From positions 1 through 64,000 of the forward strand of contig JBEKVV010000008.1 in the NCBI GenBank assembly GCA_049513715.1: a DNA stretch of 64,000 bases, written 5' to 3'. Position numbers and translations under genes: made by a program. The stretch comes from Candidatus Bathyarchaeia archaeon (GTDB lineage: Archaea > Thermoproteota > Bathyarchaeia > 40CM-2-53-6). Below, one piece after another: positions 57,210 through 64,000 of this stretch. Under the pieces are notes generated by a model. The model saw only the letters and a program-made list of their open reading frames with translations. It was not told the DNA's origin and did not search any database. Within the stretch, counting starts at the first letter, position 1, and each line of letters starts with the position of its first letter.

Positions 57210-57218
57210 TATATAAAA
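57210..57218 (-). promoter_or_regulatory. TATA box of the S-layer candidate gene
   Basis: Minus strand TTTTATATA about 52 nt upstream of the TTG start. Confidence 0.55.
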
Positions 57219-57411
57219 CCCTCAATGCTAGGATGCCATTTAAGAGAAGAAGGGTTGCGTCTCTGCTTAGTTGAGCCTATGTGGATGGGGTGGGGTATAG
57301 TTCTCTGGAGAGAACGTTTTGCTGAAGGCTTAGGATTAGTGTTCTAGAATAGGCTACCGCAACCTCCATACCTGCGAGGAAAAGGGAACAAGAACTGGCG
57401 AGCCACTCAAA

Positions 57412-58560
57412 TTGTGTAGAACCTATCTTGCGCTGCTTCTCTTGGTCGTTACGATAGTTGGAACTCCATGGAACTTAGCCATGGCATTTGGCAGTGCTTA
57501 TGCGCATGTTCCGGAAACTACGGCTCCCGGCATATTTCAGGAGCCGAGAACAACTCGGCCCGAGAACTTCACCGAACTGGGGGTTCTTCAGAACGGGGAC
57601 TTCGAAAATGGCCTCCAAGGATGGACAATCGCTAATCATTTTGTTGGCGGGGGGAACGGTTACCCTTCAATCTCGGCTTACTTGGTTCATTCGGGATCCG
57701 CGGCTTTGGCTTTGAATTTCTTGTCTTCAAATTTCGGTGGGGGTACAGGACAACCATTGGAGTTGACAGGGGTGTTTCAGGCGGTTGATGTTCGCGAGCT
57801 ACGGGGCCTCCATGTGGAGGCGTGGTTCATGATGCTTGGCACTGTGTCGCAAATTGCCGCTCGGATGCGGGTTCAGGTGGGAGAGTTTACAGTGAACTAC
57901 TACGTCGCCTATGACAGTGAGCAGCACCTTCGCCAGTACGACACAGTCCAGTCAAAGTCCATTTTCGTTTACCAGGCCGGCTTAGGTTCAAGTGAATGGT
58001 TGCACTTGAATCGCGATGTGGGGGAGGACCTCCATTCCCTGTTCGGCCCGCAAGGGTTACAGATCTTTGAGCAGAACAAAACAACAATCACCTTAGGATT
58101 GGAGTTGATGGGTTTCGGATATATCCCCACGTACCAGATTATGCTCTGGGATGATGTGCAAGCAGCCGCACTGGTTCCCATGAACTCAACCGAAACAACA
58201 ACCACGACCACAACGACCGCGTCTAGCACAACTGCGGTGTCCACGTCCGCGCCGGTAACAGTTGCCATTTCGACTGCAACGTATTCTTCTAAAACATCAT
58301 CAATAGGAACGCCAACTGAAGCAATGGTACTTGGCTTGTTTCCGCCAATTCCATTCTACGTGGCCGTTGCCGTTGTCTTGGTGTTAGCTGGGGGGTTCGC
58401 GATGGCCGCTTTGTTGCGGGGCAAGCAAAGACGTACTGGCACCGGAATTCGTTGTGGGTCCTGTGGCTATGACAAAGACATTCGGCCAACGGACAACTAT
58501 TGCCCGCGTTGTGGAATGCGCCTTAGCCCTGGTGGGGTGGAGACCGCGGTTAGTGCCTGA
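57412..58560 (+). CDS. Surface jelly-roll (CBM-like) protein with Thr stalk, TM helix and cytoplasmic Zn ribbon
   Basis: LQNGDFENGLQGW, LWDDV; CGSCG...YCPRCG. Confidence 0.78.
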   Translation: MCRTYLALLLLVVTIVGTPWNLAMAFGSAYAHVPETTAPGIFQEPRTTRPENFTELGVLQNGDFENGLQGWTIANHFVGGGNGYPSISAYLVHSGSAALALNFLSSNFGGGTGQPLELTGVFQAVDVRELRGLHVEAWFMMLGTVSQIAARMRVQVGEFTVNYYVAYDSEQHLRQYDTVQSKSIFVYQAGLGSSEWLHLNRDVGEDLHSLFGPQGLQIFEQNKTTITLGLELMGFGYIPTYQIMLWDDVQAAALVPMNSTETTTTTTTTASSTTAVSTSAPVTVAISTATYSSKTSSIGTPTEAMVLGLFPPIPFYVAVAVVLVLAGGFAMAALLRGKQRRTGTGIRCGSCGYDKDIRPTDNYCPRCGMRLSPGGVETAVSA

Positions 58561-58835
58561 CCTTGGTAATCCTGTTCTTTTTTCACTCCTGAGTCCTGAA
58601 TCTCTGGCGGTAGTTCCGGGTCAATCGGTGGTGCGGTTCGGTTTCATGTGATGTATTCGGTAGCGCACACATTCCCGGCTAGCAGGGAGTTGGGCCATGT
58701 CCAGGTGTGAGATAGTGTCAGTGAGGGCTTACGCCTTCGTTGTCGAGCAGTGCGAACGCATGCTCCGAGCTGCTCTTATCGTGAGAATTGAGAAATTCGA
58801 GATGGTCTTCGATTGAGCCGACCCATGAAACGGTA

Positions 58836-60110
58836 CTAACCACTCTCATCAAGAGAGCTGGGCTGCTTCTCTCTTCTTGGCCCAGGTTCTCTAACTTCGA
58901 CTGGGGGCATCTCCTCGCTGGGGCTGAGCGTAATCTCATGGTAGCGCTCCAGGAAGCTTGATCCAGCCGCGGTCAGTTCATAATACATGCCCTCGCCTAT
59001 GGTGCGCGTCACGAGGCCCGATTTCAGCAACGTTCCGATAGAACGTTGAAGTTGCGAATTACCTTCAATTTCCTTACTCGTAACTTTCCTTGCGCTCATC
59101 AACTCCAGAGCATCAAACGTGCTGTCGGTTGAAGTCTGCGCTGGCTTCATTATCGGAAGCGGTCTGTCCCATATGGAAGAACGTATGTGTTCTAAGGTTT
59201 CAACTGTGTGCGCTCCTATAAGTCCCGATTCGGATGATGTGTCATGCCGTACGATGCTGTCAACGAAATTCGAAATTTCCGAAGCGATTGTGTTGCTGGG
59301 TAAGACGGGAATTTCATGGTATGAGTCGTGATTACTCTTGCGCACGGTTTGTTTGATACAATCCACCAACAATGTCGCGTTAGAGCCGACAATCGTGACC
59401 TCTCTGACTTTATTCGGATGAAGCCAACTTAGTTCTATATGTGCGAAGGTGTCATTCGGGAATTCTGCAATCACGTAGGCAACTTCACCGCGCTCTCCGC
59501 GAAAACCTCTCGTGATTCCATTCACTTCTTGGGGCCACATGCCGAAGAGTTGGTTCAAGATGTCTACGGGATGAGGACCTAAGTCGAACACTATGTCTCT
59601 GTCAGGGAAGAAGGCCCGATCAGTCCACTGGATTCTAACGTAGAATAGCTTGCCAAGCTCGCCTTTGTTCATTACGTCTCGTGCTGCATGTAAGGCGGTG
59701 TTGAATCTGAAGACATGACCAACATGAATTACGAGCCCTCGCGATCTCGCAAGCTCAACCAACTCGTAGGCTTGATGTGAATTAAGCGTCATGGGTTTTT
59801 CGACGAGCACGTTCTTTCCCGCGTCCAGCGCCATCTTTGCCGTTGAGTAATGAGTTGGATTTGGCGATGCGATGTGCACGGCCGCTATTTCCGGATCTTG
59901 CATTACATCAGAAATCTTCTGCGTTAAGCGACTCTGGTCGATAGATGAGGTCTGCTTGCTTATGAGGAGGCCGCCCAGCGCGGCAAGAGAAGGGTCACAC
60001 ACTTTGACGAGTTTGATTTTCCCGTTCTTCTCTGCTGGTAGGTATTCAGATACTAGCTTCTTCCCCCAATAACCGGCCCCTATCACAGCTACTCCTACGC
60101 GATCTGTCAT
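58836..60110 (-). CDS. Gfo/Idh/MocA (WbpB-like) oxidoreductase fused to a C-terminal wHTH
   Basis: GAGYWG, LVEKPM, VGHVFRFN, DLGPHPVD; tail LLKSGLV...YELTAAGSSFL. Confidence 0.9.
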   Translation of the reverse strand: MTDRVGVAVIGAGYWGKKLVSEYLPAEKNGKIKLVKVCDPSLAALGGLLISKQTSSIDQSRLTQKISDVMQDPEIAAVHIASPNPTHYSTAKMALDAGKNVLVEKPMTLNSHQAYELVELARSRGLVIHVGHVFRFNTALHAARDVMNKGELGKLFYVRIQWTDRAFFPDRDIVFDLGPHPVDILNQLFGMWPQEVNGITRGFRGERGEVAYVIAEFPNDTFAHIELSWLHPNKVREVTIVGSNATLLVDCIKQTVRKSNHDSYHEIPVLPSNTIASEISNFVDSIVRHDTSSESGLIGAHTVETLEHIRSSIWDRPLPIMKPAQTSTDSTFDALELMSARKVTSKEIEGNSQLQRSIGTLLKSGLVTRTIGEGMYYELTAAGSSFLERYHEITLSPSEEMPPVEVREPGPRREKQPSSLDESG

Positions 60111-60241
60111 TTGCTTTCCATCTGAACGGGGAAGATTGTTATTGCACAGTATACGGGTCCATATTGATAAGCGGTTTGATTTAGGGAAAACTTTGGTCTT
60201 CCTTAGGCTTAACTCATCCTTACTTCTCTATAGTAATCTAC

Positions 60242-61372
60242 TCACATTTGCAGATTATTCTGGTAGAATTCACGCACTTTCTCGCTGACAAAATCCACTT
60301 CTTCCTCATTCATGGTTGGGTACATTGGGAGGCTGAGCACTTCCCGGCAGAGGTTTTCTGAGAGGGGGAATTCTCCGCCCTTGTAACCGAACATTTCGCG
60401 GTAGATCGGTTGCATATGTATTGGTTCTTCATAATGAATTCCAGTCTCCACCCCAACACTTTGTAGCCAATCGCGTAGCTCTCCTCGCCTCTGACACCTG
60501 ACCACATACATGTGGTAGACCGGATTGACTGTAGAATCTGGTGCAGGCGGTATGGTGACTTGTTTCACTTCTGAGAGGGATTTGTCGTACCTAGCTGCGA
60601 CTCGCCTTCTTGCCTCGTTCCATCCATCCAATCGTTTCAGTTGCACGCGGCCAATCGCTGCTTGAATCGTGTTCAGTCTCTCCGTGAAGCCCACTGAACT
60701 GTGGAGGTACTTCTTTCCCTTGACTCTGCCACAATCCCTTAGGCTTCTCACAGTATCCGCAATCGTTTCGTTGCCCGTAACTACCATTCCTCCGTCGCCG
60801 CCCACGGTCATGTTCTTTGCTGAATAGAATGAGAAACATCCCACGTCACCCAGAGAACCTGTCTTCCGTCCTCCGTAGGAGGCGCCATGGGCTTGGCAAG
60901 CGTCCTCGATCACGAGTAATCCGCGTTCCTTTGCTATCTCAGATAGCTCCTTCATTTGCGCTGGGAATCCGTACAGGTGCACGGGCAGCAATGCCTTGGT
61001 CTTGTTGGTGAGAGATGCGCTCACTTTCGCGGGATCGATTGTGTAATTCTTGAGCGATACATCAGCGAATTGGGGCGTGCCTCCGGCGTGGATGATGGAA
61101 TTTGCAGAGGCCACGAATGACATTGGGCATGTTATGATGTCGCTTCCGCGAAGGTTTGAGGCGATCATTGAAAGTATGAGTGCGCTTGTGCCTGAAGCTG
61201 TGGCAACTGCGAATCTCGTCCCACAGTACTTTGCGAACTCTTCCTCGAACTTGTATACGCTCTCTCCTAGGACGAAGCGTTCATTCTGCATAGCCGCTAC
61301 TGCGGCTTCTTTCATTTCCTCGTCGAACACGGGGTTCGCGAGTGGGATCTTACGCGTCATAACTTTCAACAC
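60242..61372 (-). CDS. DegT-family (WbpE-like) sugar aminotransferase
   Basis: PVHLYG, EDACQAHG, FSFYSAKNMTVGGDGG, SLPMYP. Confidence 0.95.
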   Translation of the reverse strand: MLKVMTRKIPLANPVFDEEMKEAAVAAMQNERFVLGESVYKFEEEFAKYCGTRFAVATASGTSALILSMIASNLRGSDIITCPMSFVASANSIIHAGGTPQFADVSLKNYTIDPAKVSASLTNKTKALLPVHLYGFPAQMKELSEIAKERGLLVIEDACQAHGASYGGRKTGSLGDVGCFSFYSAKNMTVGGDGGMVVTGNETIADTVRSLRDCGRVKGKKYLHSSVGFTERLNTIQAAIGRVQLKRLDGWNEARRRVAARYDKSLSEVKQVTIPPAPDSTVNPVYHMYVVRCQRRGELRDWLQSVGVETGIHYEEPIHMQPIYREMFGYKGGEFPLSENLCREVLSLPMYPTMNEEEVDFVSEKVREFYQNNLQM

Positions 61373-61556
61373 CTATCTACCGAACATTTCTCAGGTTGCT
61401 GGTTTGCGACGTTTGCGGACTTAATGAGCGTTTCTGCCAGCGACTTTTCAGTTGCGTGTTTGAAAAAGGCATTATCCCAACACTTTACTACCCGTCCCGA
61501 ATGCACAGCTGGGAGTCCCAAATTGTGGATGACAAATGGGCTACGGGGTTTGATGA

Positions 61557-61796
61557 GTGAGAGCGAAGTTTAGACTCTGTCTTCTGGTCGTCTCCTTCTT
61601 TAGCCTCTTGTGCTGGGCTTATTCTGTTGCCATGCAACTCGTCAATCCGGAGGCAGTGTATTGGGAGTTAGCTTGGTGGTTACCTTGGGTTCGCATTGAC
61701 TATTTCGGGGAAGCCGGGTTCATCATCTCCTTCTCGTGCGCGATTGCGTGGGCATTGACCTCTGAGTTTGAGGCAAATTTGAAAAGAACACCTTAG
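61557..61796 (+). CDS. Small two-TM membrane protein (window family copy 3)
   Basis: FSLLCWAYSVAMQLVNP...WVRIDYFGEAGF. Confidence 0.72.
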   Translation: MRAKFRLCLLVVSFFSLLCWAYSVAMQLVNPEAVYWELAWWLPWVRIDYFGEAGFIISFSCAIAWALTSEFEANLKRTP

Positions 61797-62392
61797 CGTT
61801 CATCAGACGGTTCTTCGCTGGTGTTGATTGCTCTATCGTTCGTTACATTGCCTCTTAGACTACTCCGTCAAATGTTGTCTGTAGGATTCAGTCCCGATAT
61901 CAACCATGATGGTTTGGGAGTTGAATGTTTGACCTCATTCTGTGAAGAATCATGGTTTCGACATTTCAAAATTCCTCGGCAAAAGCTGAAAATCTGTTTA
62001 AGACACCCGCGAAGCAACCGCTTGGTGCTGGTGGGCACAACGGCAGAAAACACGGTCGGGGAGCGTTGCGTTACGCATCCCTGTAAGCTGGCACGGTCAC
62101 CTTATGGCGACACTCTTACTGACAACGATTTCTGCGCGACATGTGAATTAGACTGGGAGGAACACTGGGCCGAAACCAGGTACTGGTCAGATGGTACTGC
62201 AATATCAAATAACCTGGCCTCTCTGCTTTCGTGAGACCGGGTTAAAGTCGGTCAATGGCTTGTAGAAATAGTAGTTTCTCGTGATCTGCGACATGCCTTT
62301 GCTTGTCGTCTCGCCCCGAAGATACTTTCCCACCTCGTTGCCGGGGAACGTTTTTCGCGGCTTTCTGGACCAAGTCAACCGTCCCTTGAGCG

Positions 62393-63976
62393 TTAGTCTC
62401 CTCTCATCATGGAAAGGAGTTTCGTTTCGTAGTCGAATATCGGGTTTGCCAACCAAGCAACTATGCGGGGCCGACATAGTAGAGATCTCAGATTCGAAAC
62501 GTCCCCATTATCGACAGCTCCTGCAATCGGGGCCAAGGTCAGATAGATGGCCAGGAAGAGGAAACCGCCGACGATCAAATTGCTTATTCCAATTCCCATA
62601 GTATCTAGTCGGATCAGTGCGATTGTTGGGACAGCAGCACCTAAAGAAACAAGTAGAATTCTTCCGCTGGCTTTTAGATCAGGACGAGCGCCAAGCAAGA
62701 CGGAAGCCCGGTTCAGTCCGTACACTGTTGAAATCGCACTCGCAAGGATGTACGCGATCAGTAGCCCTAGTGGCCCCCAAAGCCATGTGAGGGCCGGACA
62801 CAACGGCACGTAAATCGCGAGCGTCAAGATGCCTATTTTCAGGACGGTTCGAGTCAGGGCGACTCCGTTCAGAAAACTTCCGAGAATCAAGTAACCGACA
62901 CCTGTCAAGAGGTAGAGCGAAGACAACAGTACGAGGTACTGGGGAGCGAACGCGTAGCTGCTGCCAAAGGTTAGGTAGATGAGATCTCGCGAGAAGATCA
63001 TGACCACGATGGATGCAGGGATCATGAGCAGCGACGAGTACTTTACCGCTAACACAAACGCCCTCACAAGGTCGCCGCGTTGGTTCTTGGGATCCATCTT
63101 CGAGAACATTGGAAACATCGCTGTCGTGATAGGGTAGGTGAGAATCGTCATGAATGCGGTGAATGCCCAGGTTGCACTGAAGTTCCCGATCTGCACGTTA
63201 CTTGCGAAATGAGCGAGCACGATGTTCTGGTATTGAGTGAGAAACACGGATAAGATTGCGGCGGCATAGAGAGGCAAACCATAGCCAAGTAGTGTACGCA
63301 ACTCCATCGATGCCAGATTAGTTGGGCGACCTGAAGAGCGCGCATGTTTCGTGAAGAGAAGCATCGCGCCTGTCAGCCCAGCCGCGGCATAAGCCAGCAC
63401 GTATCCCCAGATCGCGCCAGTAATCCCCAAGCCAACAAAGACAAGCACAGGCGCAAGCGTGCCCTTGAGGGTTGCCTGCATGATCTGGACGCTTGCACTG
63501 TACTGCATCAGATCTTGTCCGATGAATATGTTGGTCGTCGCGTCGTAGATAGCTTGGAAGACGATCATCAGCGAGGCGAGTTGAATGAATGGAGCTAACT
63601 CCGGCCTATTCAGTACAATGGTTGCGATCGTCGCTGAGCCGGCGTAACAGACTACGGAGGCTATTGTGCTGATTGCGAGTTTGAGGAGAAATCCTAACTT
63701 GATCAGCCTGTTTGCTCGCGCGTGGTCGCCTTCGGCTCTGAGCCTTGCTGGTAATCTAATCAGCGCATAGTTCATGCCCACATCCGCGAGAGCCACAAGG
63801 AGCACAGGAACCGTGACAGTCAACGTGTAAAGGCCATAACTGAATGGCCCAAGAAGACGCGCAACAACGATCGCGCCCACTGCTAAGATTACGGTTGAGG
63901 AAGCGTTTCCGATGAACAGGAATAGTCCGCCTCGAGCGGCTTTCTGGGCGATCGTGGTCAACTCATCGGAGGACAT
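62393..63976 (-). CDS. Wzx/MATE-like oligosaccharide flippase
   Basis: VARLLGPFSYGLY, ADVGMN, LLGYGLP, MFPMFSK; about 14 hydrophobic segments. Confidence 0.92.
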   Translation of the reverse strand: MSSDELTTIAQKAARGGLFLFIGNASSTVILAVGAIVVARLLGPFSYGLYTLTVTVPVLLVALADVGMNYALIRLPARLRAEGDHARANRLIKLGFLLKLAISTIASVVCYAGSATIATIVLNRPELAPFIQLASLMIVFQAIYDATTNIFIGQDLMQYSASVQIMQATLKGTLAPVLVFVGLGITGAIWGYVLAYAAAGLTGAMLLFTKHARSSGRPTNLASMELRTLLGYGLPLYAAAILSVFLTQYQNIVLAHFASNVQIGNFSATWAFTAFMTILTYPITTAMFPMFSKMDPKNQRGDLVRAFVLAVKYSSLLMIPASIVVMIFSRDLIYLTFGSSYAFAPQYLVLLSSLYLLTGVGYLILGSFLNGVALTRTVLKIGILTLAIYVPLCPALTWLWGPLGLLIAYILASAISTVYGLNRASVLLGARPDLKASGRILLVSLGAAVPTIALIRLDTMGIGISNLIVGGFLFLAIYLTLAPIAGAVDNGDVSNLRSLLCRPRIVAWLANPIFDYETKLLSMMRGD

Positions 63977-64000
63977 GACTTTCAACTCGTCTTATCGGGG

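Noticed and set aside
61800..62392. ORFs 61821-62234, 61868-62053 and 62205-62477
   Set aside because: No motifs or start signals recognised; possibly decayed sequence, but nothing supportable.
1..64000. CRISPR array, rRNA or tRNA genes
   Set aside because: No regularly spaced repeat-spacer pattern or recognisable stable-RNA gene was seen by eye. A small or intron-containing tRNA could have been missed.

Overview
Archaeal chromosomal window, most likely a TACK archaeon such as Bathyarchaeia. This is an inference from the crenarchaeal-type SSB, TrmB, HTH_45-like wHTH proteins, DUF1616, and PEF-/PGF-type C-terminal sorting tails. Positions 1-9.5 kb hold a solo TnpB element (not in the ORF track) that appears to interrupt a rhomboid protease gene, then an SSB with an RGG tail, a HAD phosphatase, a 14-repeat beta-propeller surface protein, small regulators and a membrane-fused degenerate KaiC-like domain. 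From about 10 kb to the end lies a large, heavily rearranged surface-glycan and cell-envelope island. It encodes epimerases, GT2/GT4 enzymes, DegT aminotransferases, a Gfo/Idh/MocA-wHTH fusion, a membrane-anchored acetyltransferase, flippases, an SxtI/J/K/L-like carbamoyltransferase cassette, beta-helix and lyase-like surface proteins, and a ~1400-aa PEF-CTERM S-layer candidate. The S-layer candidate is on the minus strand; the ORF track mislabels it as plus. The best candidate for an undescribed system is the operon at 14.9-21.4 kb: PIG-L deacetylase, BshC/WbqC-like ligase with a Zn ribbon, two paralogous Cys-rich SH3-like proteins, a radical SAM/SPASM enzyme, an epimerase and a GT2. It may de-N-acetylate and aminoacylate a sugar. 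Several relics record duplication, deletion and domain swapping. All family calls come from motif recognition by eye; no searches were run.
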